Virus record (IMG/VR): IMGVR_UViG_3300009193_000002
Direction: 5' to 3' (one strand)
DNA from: a virus
Length of the DNA: 64,000 bases
Position numbers and translations under genes: made by a program. Under the pieces are notes generated by a model. The model saw nothing but the letters and a program-made list of their open reading frames with translations, searched no databases and had not been told where the DNA came from. Of this stretch, positions 9,312 through 19,300 are shown piece after piece; position 1 is the stretch's first letter, and every line of letters begins with the position of its first letter.

Positions 9312-10319
9312 ATGAAAATTAAACACTTTGAAACCCCTAAAGGAGTTCAGCTTTTAGGCGACCCCCATTTAGGCAAGAAATTCAATTCACACGTTCCAAG
9401 AGAAAGACTTGGCGAACGCGAGGAGATGGTTCGTAAACAGTTCCTTGAAGAGCTTGAACCTATCGACGACACAATCACTGATCACATTTGCATGGGTGAC
9501 TTATTTGATAAGTTCCGTGTGCCTGAAGAAGTTATTTTGTTTGCTGCCCAAGCATACCGTGATGCCGCCGCGAGAAACCCGAATATTGAGTATTACATCA
9601 TTCGAGGTAACCACGACGCCAGCCGTGATTCATCTTTTAAATCAAGCTTTGACGTTTTTGAAGCGTTGCTTGAAGACGTTGACGGCGTGAATGTCATATC
9701 AGAAGAACCTTTGCATGTGATTTCGCTAGGACAGGAGCACACTCTATACCCTTGGCACCCGTTCATTCATGCCAAAGAAATGGTTGAGCTGCACCCCCCA
9801 ACTAAAGGCGGTTACGTTTATGGCCACTGGGATATTTTAGCCTTTGAAGAAGGCAGCAGCTCTGAAGAAAACTTTGTACCTACCGAGCACTTCAAAGAGT
9901 GTGCTGGAATTTACACAGGGCATTATCATTTACCCAAGGCATTCCCGTTAGACGGTATGACAATTAACATCACCGGTTCAATGCAGCCATACACCCACGC
10001 TGAAGACGAGGTGGGTGAACTTTACCGGACAGAAAGCTTGCCAGAAGTTGTGGCCACGCTGTCAGCCAATCCAGAGCATTACAAGTACGTTAACTTGAGA
10101 GTGCTGCTTGGCCCTGACGAAGTGCCGCTGGCGGACATCGATTGCCTTAGCTATCGAGTAAAGAGAATGCAGAAGGATGAACAGGAAAATATCGACGTCG
10201 ATATCGAGAGCTTCAACCTTGAATCAATATTTAAAAATACAATGAGCGACTTTAAAGTCTCAGACGAAACAACGTCTAAGTTATGGACTCGCTTCTTATC
10301 AGTTAATGAGGCTGAATAA
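9312..10319 (+). CDS. SbcD/Mre11-like metallophosphoesterase nuclease
   Basis: GDPHLG, GDLFD, RGNHD, GHWD and GHYH calcineurin-like motifs. Immediately upstream of the SbcC-like ATPase gene. Confidence 0.85.
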   Translation: MKIKHFETPKGVQLLGDPHLGKKFNSHVPRERLGEREEMVRKQFLEELEPIDDTITDHICMGDLFDKFRVPEEVILFAAQAYRDAAARNPNIEYYIIRGNHDASRDSSFKSSFDVFEALLEDVDGVNVISEEPLHVISLGQEHTLYPWHPFIHAKEMVELHPPTKGGYVYGHWDILAFEEGSSSEENFVPTEHFKECAGIYTGHYHLPKAFPLDGMTINITGSMQPYTHAEDEVGELYRTESLPEVVATLSANPEHYKYVNLRVLLGPDEVPLADIDCLSYRVKRMQKDEQENIDVDIESFNLESIFKNTMSDFKVSDETTSKLWTRFLSVNEAE

Positions 10320-12350
10320 ATGATTTCACTATTAAAATACGACATAGGCTTTTCAAACGGCAAAGGCCTAAGCCAAGAACTGACGCTGGAAAATGGCTCT
10401 ACTTTAATTACCGGTAAAAACGGTAAAGGTAAATCCATGACATTTGAAATGATTGCCTTTGCTTTCTTCGGCGCCAAAGCGTTGCGAGGAGCTGCCGCTG
10501 ACTACAAGAAAATCAGCTGCGATATGACAGTTACGATCAAAGAAGTCACCTACGAAATAAACCGCACCAAATCAAATGCGAAAGTCATCTTGAAAGGTGA
10601 AACGATTGTCAGCGGTAATACGCCGGTTAATCAGTGGGTGACCAGAACACTGGGCCAAGACTACAACGTCTTTAGAATTGCTCACTGGTGTGCCCAAGGC
10701 GATATCCAAGCCCTAGCCAACATGCGTCCGACTGAGCGTAAAGCGATGATTGATTCTGTGGCTGGCCTTACTCAAATGGACGGTCTATCTAAAGAGTTGA
10801 ACAACGAATGGAAGACACTCAGTGCTGAAGTTAATGCCGTAAAGGGCACGTTAGTTCAACCTCAAAAACCCGAGTGTAGCGTCGAGGGTGATGTTACTAA
10901 GTGGGAAAAATCTTTAGCGGGAACAGAAGCGTTATTAACTAAATTTAATGAAGCTCAATCGGTTCAGAAGCCTAGTGAGCCATTCGCCCCGACTGAGCCT
11001 TCAGAGCCTATTTACGCGGATGAGCCTAAGAAGCTGGGCAATCAAAGCGTTAAGAAGCCGGAGCCTTTGGAGATTAAACAAGGGATGCCCTCGACTGTTC
11101 AGCAAGCGATAGCTATTGAGAATCAATTTCTTGATCAGCTGCAGATTTTGGAGCCGATGGAACGCAAACTGTTAGACCTTGAAGCTAAACGCAACCCAGA
11201 CGTGAAGTTCCCAAAAGGGTTTGAGACAGTTGAAAAACTTGAGGCTGCTTGGAACGAATATAATCTACACTTAAAGATTGAAACGTTGAAAGACCAGAGC
11301 GGCGTAGATTGCCCACACTGTAAAGAACATTTCTTTTTAAACACTGAGATTGCTGAGCTAGAAAAAGGTAAGACTAGAAAAACAGAGCCCAGTATTACCC
11401 GTTCAAAGTGGGCTGAACTAAAAACTCAGTTAGAGATTAACGCGGAGCATGACAAAGTTGAAGCTGAGTTCGATGCTGAACGAATGGACAACGTAAGAAC
11501 AGCCTTAAGCCAAATTCGTAAAGCTCGGGCGGACTTAGAATTGTTTGAAGATGAGATGGCCACGTATACCAAGCAAGAGAATTTGCTGTTGTCCCTTCAT
11601 GCTGAACAGTTGGATAGTTGGAAGAAGCAAATTGCCAGCCAGAAAACGAAATACAATGCTCAGTTCTCAGCTTACCAAACTCAGCTGACAAATTATAAAG
11701 CGGCGTTGGTAAAATATGACGAGGGTGTGGCCGCTTACGAGACAGCTCAGAAATATATTTCAGGCTTGTTGGTAACGACCTCGAACTATAAAGAAGAGCT
11801 GGTTTCGTACAAACAAAATTGCCAATCAAATATCGCTGAGTTGAAATTGCACGCTGATAGATGGACGCGCTATGAGAGTGACTTAAAGGAATACAACGCA
11901 CAACTTAGTGGTATTTCAGAAAAGGAAACCGAGTTATCTGAATTAGCCAATGCTCAGGCGGCGTTGAAATCAGTTAAGAGCCAAGTTCAGAACCATTTAA
12001 TTCCGAGCTTGAACGTGGTTGCTTCTAAGTTAATGTTCGACATGACCGGCGGTGAATTCCAAGAAGTGGAGATTGGTCAAGACTTCGAGGTAAACGTCGA
12101 CGGACAGTCTCTAAGGACGTTATCTGGCTCAGGCAAAGACTTAGCCAACTTAACGCTTAGAATTGCACTGGGACGCATTCTGACCCATAAAACCTTACCG
12201 GTTGTTATGCTGGATGAAATCGATTCAGCAATGGATGATACCAGAGCCGGTTATACTTGGGATTGTATCAACCGCATCACGCCACAAATTGGCCAAGTGA
12301 TTCAAGCCAGTCATAAGGAGCTGGACGCGAGTCGCCGTATTGAAGTTTAA
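10320..12350 (+). CDS. SbcC/Rad50-like SMC-type ATPase
   Basis: Walker A GKNGKGKS, long coiled coil with a CPHC hook, signature LSGSGKD, Walker B VVMLDEID. Confidence 0.85.
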   Translation: MISLLKYDIGFSNGKGLSQELTLENGSTLITGKNGKGKSMTFEMIAFAFFGAKALRGAAADYKKISCDMTVTIKEVTYEINRTKSNAKVILKGETIVSGNTPVNQWVTRTLGQDYNVFRIAHWCAQGDIQALANMRPTERKAMIDSVAGLTQMDGLSKELNNEWKTLSAEVNAVKGTLVQPQKPECSVEGDVTKWEKSLAGTEALLTKFNEAQSVQKPSEPFAPTEPSEPIYADEPKKLGNQSVKKPEPLEIKQGMPSTVQQAIAIENQFLDQLQILEPMERKLLDLEAKRNPDVKFPKGFETVEKLEAAWNEYNLHLKIETLKDQSGVDCPHCKEHFFLNTEIAELEKGKTRKTEPSITRSKWAELKTQLEINAEHDKVEAEFDAERMDNVRTALSQIRKARADLELFEDEMATYTKQENLLLSLHAEQLDSWKKQIASQKTKYNAQFSAYQTQLTNYKAALVKYDEGVAAYETAQKYISGLLVTTSNYKEELVSYKQNCQSNIAELKLHADRWTRYESDLKEYNAQLSGISEKETELSELANAQAALKSVKSQVQNHLIPSLNVVASKLMFDMTGGEFQEVEIGQDFEVNVDGQSLRTLSGSGKDLANLTLRIALGRILTHKTLPVVMLDEIDSAMDDTRAGYTWDCINRITPQIGQVIQASHKELDASRRIEV

Positions 12351-12358
12351 CTATTAAA

Positions 12359-12374
12359 GGGGGCATGTGCCCCC
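12359..12374 (+). terminator. hairpin GGGGGCATGTGCCCCC (family copy 1)
   Basis: 6-bp G/C stem with a 4-nt loop, 9 nt after the SbcC-like stop. The RBS block follows. Confidence 0.6.
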
Positions 12375-12394
12375 GCCTACCTTTGGAATTGACG

Positions 12395-12610
12395 ATGATG
12401 AATGTATGTAGCTTTCTAACTGCAGAAGAAATGAAAACTTTAACTGGCGCAACACACCGCGCAAAACAAAAACTGGTTCTGGATAAAAACCGAATCCGTT
12501 ATGTGGAGCAAGAAGACGGTAAATTAAAAGTAGCTTGGGTAAGTTTACTGGGGAACGACCTCCCCACCCAGACTAAACAAAAGGAGCCGGATTTTTCTCA
12601 TTTAACTTAA
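12395..12610 (+). CDS. DUF4224-like small protein (excisionase/recombination directionality candidate)
   Basis: FLTAEEMKTLTGATHRAKQKLVLDKNRIRYVEQEDGKLKV resembles DUF4224 proteins found upstream of phage integrases. Motif ATG. Confidence 0.55.
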   Translation: MMNVCSFLTAEEMKTLTGATHRAKQKLVLDKNRIRYVEQEDGKLKVAWVSLLGNDLPTQTKQKEPDFSHLT

Positions 12611-12633
12611 CTATAGCTACGTGGAAATTAACT

Positions 12634-13689
12634 ATGAAACGACCTGACTGGCTTCCGCCCAAGGTATCCCCAAAAGGGAATTTTTATTATTACAGACCAT
12701 TGAGAAATGGAAAGCGTTACAGATTATGTTCGACCAGTGACTCACGAAGAGACGTGCTGCTAAGTTATGATCGCGTTCTGAGTGAATTAGATGGCGATAC
12801 CAACTTCAAGAAAGTCATTCTTGAATACCTTGATAGCGAGGAGTTCAGTCGCCTCGCTAACAAAACCCAAAAAGATTATATTCTGTATGCCAAAGAAGTC
12901 ACACTGGCCTTTGGCAACATGAATCCTGACAGCATAGAGACGCCACATATTGTTAAGTGGCGTAATCTACTGGCAAAGAAAAGAAGCTCCCCCCTCCAAG
13001 GTAATCGACACGTCTCCTTCATTGGCTCAGTATGCCGCTACGGGAAAGAGAACGGTTACCTCAAGACAAACCCTGCCCTACAGATAAAGAAGCTGCCAGA
13101 GAAGGCGAGAACTCGTTATATCACCCACGAAGAATACTCCATCCTTTATAAGAACGCCGACCCGATATTAAAAGTGGCCATGGAAATTGCGTATGTCTGC
13201 ATGGCCAGAATTAATGATGTAGTTGAATTAAGAAAATCAAACTTGCTTGAAGAAGGTTTATTTATCCAACAGTCAAAAACCGGAGTGGGCCAAATAAAAG
13301 AATGGAATGACCGACTGAGAGATGCAATAAAAAGAGCGCATAAACTCCCATTAGAAAATAATATGCATTCTATTTATCTCATTCATCAAGTGAATGGTAA
13401 GAAAGTGAGTATCCGAATGCTTCAAAAGCGATTTGAGATAGCTCGTTTTAATTCACTGGATGAATGTGGATTCAAAACACCATCAGAAATGAATATACAC
13501 TTCCATGATTTAAAATCGAAGGGTGTTTCTGACATGAAAGGTAGTCTTGAGGATAAAAGATTCGCTGCAGGGCACACCAATCTTAGGCAAACACAGTCAT
13601 ATGATAGGAAATTATCGGTCGTACCGGCTCTCGATGGTGACTTAGCCCCGATAAACCTCTCAGATTTCACACACAGGAGCAATAAATAA
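12634..13689 (+). CDS. int: tyrosine recombinase / phage integrase
   Basis: C-terminal catalytic region ARINDV (R), HFHDLKSKG (H-x-x-K/R-type box), AGHTNLRQTQSYDR (H..R..Y). Adjacent to the tRNA-derived attP. Confidence 0.9.
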   Translation: MKRPDWLPPKVSPKGNFYYYRPLRNGKRYRLCSTSDSRRDVLLSYDRVLSELDGDTNFKKVILEYLDSEEFSRLANKTQKDYILYAKEVTLAFGNMNPDSIETPHIVKWRNLLAKKRSSPLQGNRHVSFIGSVCRYGKENGYLKTNPALQIKKLPEKARTRYITHEEYSILYKNADPILKVAMEIAYVCMARINDVVELRKSNLLEEGLFIQQSKTGVGQIKEWNDRLRDAIKRAHKLPLENNMHSIYLIHQVNGKKVSIRMLQKRFEIARFNSLDECGFKTPSEMNIHFHDLKSKGVSDMKGSLEDKRFAAGHTNLRQTQSYDRKLSVVPALDGDLAPINLSDFTHRSNK

Positions 13690-13702
13690 TGCAGGGAATT
13701 AT

Positions 13703-13734
13703 TGCTCCCCAAAAGTGCTCCCCTTTTGCTCCCC
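13703..13734 (+). repeat. three direct TGCTCCCC repeats (candidate integrase arm-type sites)
   Basis: TGCTCCCC at 13703, 13716 and 13727 (13- and 11-nt spacing), between the int stop and attP. An inverted copy GGGGAGCA lies at 13881-13888. Confidence 0.5.
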
Positions 13735-13740
13735 TTCGTG

Positions 13741-13772
13741 AAAACAAAAAAGCCCCGACTTTCGTCGAGGCC
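13741..13772 (-). terminator. intrinsic terminator downstream of the tRNA-Ser 3' fragment
   Basis: The minus strand reads GGCCTCGAC-gaaa-GTCGGGGC followed by TTTTTGTTTT. Confidence 0.6.
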
Positions 13773-13779
13773 TTGTGTG

Positions 13780-13843
13780 TGGCGGATAGCGAGGGATTCG
13801 AACCCCCGGTACGTTTGACCGTACGTCTGATTTCAAGTCAGGA
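13780..13843 (-). other. attP core: 3' ~64 nt of a tRNA-Ser(UGA) gene (partial, not a functional tRNA)
   Basis: The minus strand gives anticodon loop CTTGAAA, long variable arm GTACG-gtcaaa-CGTAC, T arm GGGGG-TTCGAAT-CCCTC and acceptor GCTATCC-G-CCA. No matching 5' acceptor or D arm lies upstream. Confidence 0.75.
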
Positions 13844-13880
13844 GTAAAATCAAGCTGGTAAAGGGCTGGAGGCCAATTTG

Positions 13881-13888
13881 GGGGAGCA
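13881..13888 (-). repeat. inverted copy of the TGCTCCCC repeat on the other side of attP
   Basis: GGGGAGCA is the reverse complement of TGCTCCCC. Confidence 0.4.
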
Positions 13889-13901
13889 AGACTTTTGGCC
13901 T

Positions 13902-14324
13902 TTATTCCTTTTTTATACCTAAACTTGGGGTGTTTGTCGCCCCGAGTTTCATGTCGGCCATCTTAAAGTTTTGACGTTTGAAATACCATCGTAAACCGAA
14001 CGTTGCAGCAATTATCCCAAACGACCCAAACCACCACCAGTAAGGCAAGGAGTTAGCAAAGGCCACCCATTCAGTGGCACTTACTCGTTTTCCGTCTTCA
14101 TCCCACCAACCTAAAACCATCGGAGCAAACCAAATCAACATGAGTATTTCATCCTTCCATGATGTCTGTGCATTCTTCTGAGCTTGCAGGTCGTAATTCT
14201 GCTCCCCCGAAAGTTCTTGGCGATTGTAAGCGGCAGTGTATTCCATTTGCGATTTCTTCATATCGAAGTAACCGCCGATCAACATCTTAAAACCGCTGTA
14301 AATTAGCGTCCACATGGTTGGCAC
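13902..14324 (-). CDS. holin-like membrane protein (three hydrophobic segments)
   Basis: WTLIYSGFKMLIGGYF, ILMLIWFAPMVLGWW and WWWFGSFGIIAATFGL. Located in the lysis cluster. Confidence 0.4.
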   Translation of the reverse strand: MPTMWTLIYSGFKMLIGGYFDMKKSQMEYTAAYNRQELSGEQNYDLQAQKNAQTSWKDEILMLIWFAPMVLGWWDEDGKRVSATEWVAFANSLPYWWWFGSFGIIAATFGLRWYFKRQNFKMADMKLGATNTPSLGIKKE

Positions 14325-14566
14325 CCCTTTTGGTGGTTATAAGGCTCTAACTCGCCAAAGGTATTAAAGAAACATACCCCTAGCCAAAGAATAGATTTAC
14401 GTCGTGCCATAAGAGGATAATGTGCTGAGGATTTAAACATATTTACGGGCCCAACAGGGAAAGCATCTAGTAACAATGTTTTGTCCGTACCATATTCAAA
14501 AGCCACATACTCTTCAATAAAATGTGGAATTAAAAATACCAGTAAATCTTTTAAGTCCTGAAACAT
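14303..14566 (-). CDS. hypothetical protein in the lysis cluster
   Basis: ORF directly downstream of the endolysin gene, overlapping the next gene. No motif recognised. Confidence 0.3.
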   Translation of the reverse strand: MFQDLKDLLVFLIPHFIEEYVAFEYGTDKTLLLDAFPVGPVNMFKSSAHYPLMARRKSILWLGVCFFNTFGELEPYNHQKGCQPCGR

Positions 14567-14576
14567 ACTCTTCCCC

Positions 14577-15119
14577 TTATGCTCGGTCTTTTATCCAGCC
14601 AAAGACGAAGCTTTCATTTTCTTCTCTGGCCTCAGCTGCAGCAATGTAATACTCACCTTGAAGACAATTCAATGCTTTACTTAGCACATATTCACCGTGC
14701 AGACTGCGACGGTTAAAATAAAGTTTGAGCGCATGACGCGTGTTCTCCCCCATCACACCGTCAACAACAAGGTCGGTATACCACTCGCCTTTTTTATTGA
14801 ATGCATTCAGGGCGCGTTGAAGAAATTTAATAGCGCGGTGCATACCGATATTCACGCCGGTGTCTAAGACTTCCAGCGCGATTATGCTTGAATGCTGTTG
14901 GATTAAATCTAAGCGGGGCTCGTCCCAATAAAAACGAGCGTAAATATCCCTAGCAGTATCAATCTGCATGTCGACCATTTCACCAACGTACCCAAATTTC
15001 TCAGCGGTCTTCTTAGTAATACCGAAATTAGTTTCGCCGCCCAAATCGTCAGGATGATTAACGTAACCACGTTCTTTAGAAATGATTTCATTTATGTGGC
15101 CAATTAAATGTGGATCCAT
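14577..15119 (-). CDS. endolysin, GH108-type muramidase with C-terminal peptidoglycan-binding region
   Basis: SKERGYVNHPDDLGGETNFGITKKT matches the GH108 signature EGGYVNDPxDxGGxTxxGIT. Confidence 0.85.
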   Translation of the reverse strand: MDPHLIGHINEIISKERGYVNHPDDLGGETNFGITKKTAEKFGYVGEMVDMQIDTARDIYARFYWDEPRLDLIQQHSSIIALEVLDTGVNIGMHRAIKFLQRALNAFNKKGEWYTDLVVDGVMGENTRHALKLYFNRRSLHGEYVLSKALNCLQGEYYIAAAEAREENESFVFGWIKDRA

Positions 15120-15120
15120 G

Positions 15121-15627
15121 TTAGTTGCCTTTGCTGTTGAGTGTTTTCATCGCCTCAACCATTTGAGGTAATAAGGTGGTTAAACCTTTGATGCCCTCTT
15201 CTGTGGTTGCTGCATGTACTTCAAGTTTATTCAAACGCAAATCGATAGCTGACAGGGTGGAATTGATTTGCATATCGGTTTTCTGTTCCAACGCCGAAAG
15301 CTTAACGTCAACGTCATTCTTCTGAGGGTAATAACTAATCACTCGCTCTCTAAACGCGCTGTTCGTTTTATCCGAATCGTTAATCCGGTCATTGGTTTTT
15401 TCGTAGGAAGACCTAAGAGACTCGCTGGTCTTTTCTGCCAAGGTAGTCATGGCTGAGCTTGTTTCTTTTGAAAGAGAATCAATTCGGTCTTGAGTCTGTT
15501 TAAAATCAGACTTTAAGCCGGAGAGTATGAATAGCGATATTGTGGTAAGGACAGTTGCAACAATCCCGAAAAAGGAAATGATTTCTGCAAAACCCATATA
15601 AAGACCTTTAACCTTAAATAGTGACAA
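15121..15627 (-). CDS. N-terminally membrane-anchored coiled-coil protein (spanin- or holin-associated?)
   Basis: TM segment IISFFGIVATVLTTISLFILSGL followed by about 120 aa of heptad-like S/T/E/K-rich sequence. Upstream of the endolysin gene. Confidence 0.35.
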   Translation of the reverse strand: MSLFKVKGLYMGFAEIISFFGIVATVLTTISLFILSGLKSDFKQTQDRIDSLSKETSSAMTTLAEKTSESLRSSYEKTNDRINDSDKTNSAFRERVISYYPQKNDVDVKLSALEQKTDMQINSTLSAIDLRLNKLEVHAATTEEGIKGLTTLLPQMVEAMKTLNSKGN

Positions 15628-15958
15628 GCACTATTTGAGTGTAGGTGTAGGCTGAGGAGACAAGGATAGGAGCGTCTTCATTCAATTTATAAACAAGCAA
15701 GGTTAGGACATGCTGCCCACCTTTTGGCAACATAAGGTCACCAAATTTTATAAACACAGTATCCACGTCAAACCAAATAGAGTCTGGGGAAATATCAGAA
15801 TCGAGAACCTTATTACCTGCTTCCGCAACCACACGAACTATCCCATGTTTAAGCAAGTCGAACTCTTTCAACGAACTAAGACTGTTCGCTGGGAAGGATT
15901 CGACTTTGAAAGAGGAGACACTAAGTGCCCCCTGATAAACTGGGATGCGCTTAATCAT
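15614..15958 (-). CDS. hypothetical protein
   Basis: ORF packed tightly in the tail-fibre/lysis transition. No motif. Confidence 0.4.
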   Translation of the reverse strand: MIKRIPVYQGALSVSSFKVESFPANSLSSLKEFDLLKHGIVRVVAEAGNKVLDSDISPDSIWFDVDTVFIKFGDLMLPKGGQHVLTLLVYKLNEDAPILVSSAYTYTQIVLVTI

Positions 15959-16359
15959 TAGACAACAATCGCCGAAGGCTCTCGAATATAATGAACCGAC
16001 TGCGGAATGTTCAGCGTGTCGCCGTCATCGTTAGCAATGGTTTTGTCGTTGATGTCTTGAATAAATTCAAAGCGGGTTGCAGAGGAGTTACGAACATACA
16101 AACAAATATCGTCGCTGTCTAACGCTGAACCTGTTGGGTCAATGCCTGTCTTCGCATTAATTACAACACGGGCTGAGCCATCACCTTCGGCAGTGAAACC
16201 TACGTCACCGGCGGTCATTGCCGTTGTGCAGATTACTTTAGCAAGCAGCTGAGCATCACTGTCGCTTTTTAAAGGGTTCTTTATGATCCCAATTTCGTTA
16301 CAGGCCTCAAGGACAGCCTTAGGAGCTTGTTTGTACTGGTATGAGCTGAAATTAGCCAT
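15958..16359 (-). CDS. hypothetical protein downstream of the fibre gene (assembly factor?)
   Basis: Position only. Confidence 0.4.
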   Translation of the reverse strand: MANFSSYQYKQAPKAVLEACNEIGIIKNPLKSDSDAQLLAKVICTTAMTAGDVGFTAEGDGSARVVINAKTGIDPTGSALDSDDICLYVRNSSATRFEFIQDINDKTIANDDGDTLNIPQSVHYIREPSAIVV

Positions 16360-16366
16360 AGTTTAC

Positions 16367-19300
16367 TTACCTCATCGTCAATCTAAATTGTTCCGTTGTC
16401 TCGGTAAGCTTAAATCTAACGTTGCTACCAAGCGGGATAATATTTTCAGGGTCAATGTTCAAGTTTCTAATAACGATGCTGATAATATCAACGGTCGATA
16501 GTTGCTCGGTCATTGCGCCCGTAAAGTTTAGCAAGCTAGAAACATAAACGGAATTAACTGCAGTGTTTGTCTCCGTAGGATTCGATGAAAGCTCACTGTC
16601 CCCTAGTAAGGTTAGCCCAGTTAATTCGGTCAATTGCTCCGTTGACGTTGTAGCGAAATTAATTAATTGATTCAGCTCAACAAGCTCAACCTGAACCTCG
16701 ATTTCGCTCTGAGGAGTTTCCAAATTGATTGTTTGGTCAACGATTAAACTTTCTACGTCCGTATTCTGCTCGACCCGTACAACAATAACGTTGGCTTGGT
16801 CTAACAAATCTAAGACAGTGTAATTGCAGTGCTGCTCAGTCTCAACGCCCCCTAACTCTTGCACAGTCAATGCTGACAATACGTCACTCTCCGTCAACTG
16901 CTCAGCATTCACAACAAAGAAATGCAAGTCACTGTTTGCGGTTGCGGTCTGCGTTTCATTCAGCTGCTCAACAACGCTGGCAATAAACTTATCAACCCCA
17001 TCTAAATTACCGGTAATAGCCTCATTTAAAATTTCTAATGGTGAAGTTGTTAACGATAGACTTTGACTAAGGTCAAGGCTTTGTGTCTCTGTCCGTATTT
17101 GCAGAGAGGGAACATCCACAAGGATGATATTCTGTAGTGTGGCTGCTTGGGTGCCGACTATTATTTCAGAAGGTAAGGTGCTGAATGTCGCATCCTGAGT
17201 CAAAGATACTTGGCCGATTTCGAATAAGGTTTGTACGGTAGAGCTATTGAAGAACTGGTTTGAGGTTATTTGGAAGCTAGGAACCTCGATTACCGTTTCA
17301 ACGTCGACGCTGTTAAACAACTGACGAGAACTAACCTGCACGTCCTGTGCTTCGATTAGCACCTCAGCCGCTGAGATAGCAAGGTCAAGCTCAGAGTCTA
17401 ATACAATGCCTTGGTATTCAATTAATACTTCGGCCTCGCTCGATTGGGTAACGATTTGATTACCCAGTGTCAGCGAGGTTGTCTGGAAAATAATTTCAGA
17501 CTCAGAGGAAACTGTAGCTATTTGACTGGCAAGGGTTAAGGCTTGTACACCTGTAACTTGCTCTGTTGGCGTGGTGTTGATTGAGAAATTTAAGCCGACA
17601 CTGAACGCTGCCGCTGAAATAATAACTTCAGAGGCGCTTAGATCAAGGTCAATCGCACCAGACAAAGATAATGTTTGTGCCTCGTTCTTAACTTCGGATA
17701 TTTTAGCGTTTAACGCTAAAGCCACGGCTGCAGCTACCGAAGTGTAAGTGGTTTTTACTTCACTGGTGGCAATCTCAAAGTCGATTACGACGTTGGCTGG
17801 GCCACTTACCGTACTCTGCGGCACACCTGTTTCCCAGAATGTCGCGGGGTCTGATTGGTTCGCGTATTCCGTTTCTATATAAGCTGTAGGCCTGCTAATA
17901 TTGTTATTAGTTAATCTAGGTTCATCTATTATTACATTACCCCCACTAATAGGAGAACTATCCATAAGCCTATTAAATGAGAGTTTGTTAAATCCAGAAC
18001 CTTGTAGTTTTAAAGCACTTGTACCAGAGTACGTAACTCCATTATGTATCGCAGTAACCGTTGATCCATTTATATCTTGATTGACCGATATATAGACTAA
18101 AGCGCTACTAGGTAAGTTTGGAATCGACACAACGTCTATTACTGCTGTATTACTATTTCTAGCAAAAAGAGCTACTTTAAAGTCCGCACCTACTCTATTT
18201 AAAACTATTGCATAGTTGTCAAAAGCATTACCGCTATTTGCTATACCAAGAACAGCTTCATTTAATGGTAAGTCAGTACTTCCGTCTCTTTGATACCAAA
18301 ACGACATATTAAAAGTACCTGCAACAACACCTACATAATCAGTGTGAAGATAATCACTACTCGATGCAAACTTGTAGCTTTTACCTACAATACCCTCTAT
18401 AAGACTTGGACTACCAACTACCGTTAAGTCATTAGCGTTTCCAGCACTGTCACTTAAAGTATTAAGATGCCATGCGGAAGCATAATCAACGTTTACTGCA
18501 TTCCTACCATTAACATCTGTCACCGCTGGCTGAGTCTCACCCGCTTTACCGTAAAACAGCCACAACCCTTGTGCGGGGTTAATGTTCGGTGACCTAGACC
18601 ACATGACCGCTTTTTGATTTACGGTATCAAAGTTAACTATTTCAAGTGGCAAACGTCCTGTACCGTCTTCGTTTAGGCAAACGCGTATGTCACCTCCGCC
18701 ACTTTCAGCAATATCCCATATTTCAGCAGGTAAATTAGCCTCTGTAACGAGTGACACAAACGGATCGGCAATACTCGGTATTGTGTTCTTGGTTTTTATC
18801 TCAACTTTCTTTTGCCAAAACGTAGGGTCTATTGCGGTGAAGTATTCTACCCAAGCGGTAAGTGGATCGAAGTTTACAAGTGTTCCGTCATTAGATGCAT
18901 TAAGAGCATCAGGCAATACACTTCCTGTACCACTTGAGCTTGATGGGTTGTAGTTACGCTGAGAGGCGAACCCACCAGAAAAACTAATACCATAAAGTTC
19001 TAAATTAGCGTCAGGTCTATCTCTAAAAGTAGAAAAAAGCCCAACAAGCGCGTTAGGCGGCTGAATAGCATCGCCTGCTTTTGTTTCAAGCGGAATCCCA
19101 TCTACAATTAGTGATAAATCTGAGCCGTCTGATTCTATTTTAAATTTATGCCTGATTGATAAATCTATAGTGGTTACATTAAAATCATAGTTTGTTAACG
19201 CTGTACCTACAGCGCGTAACCTTAAGGTGTTACCTCCATTCTGGAATGTAATTTGAGTGCTAACATCTCCAGATGAGCTGGAAATTAAATATTCACCAGT

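Noticed and set aside
13780-13850. Possible complete phage-encoded tRNA-Ser gene.
   Set aside because: Only the anticodon loop, variable arm, T arm and 3' acceptor strand are present. The upstream sequence cannot form the 5' acceptor strand (GGATAGC expected) or a D arm. It is interpreted as attP instead.
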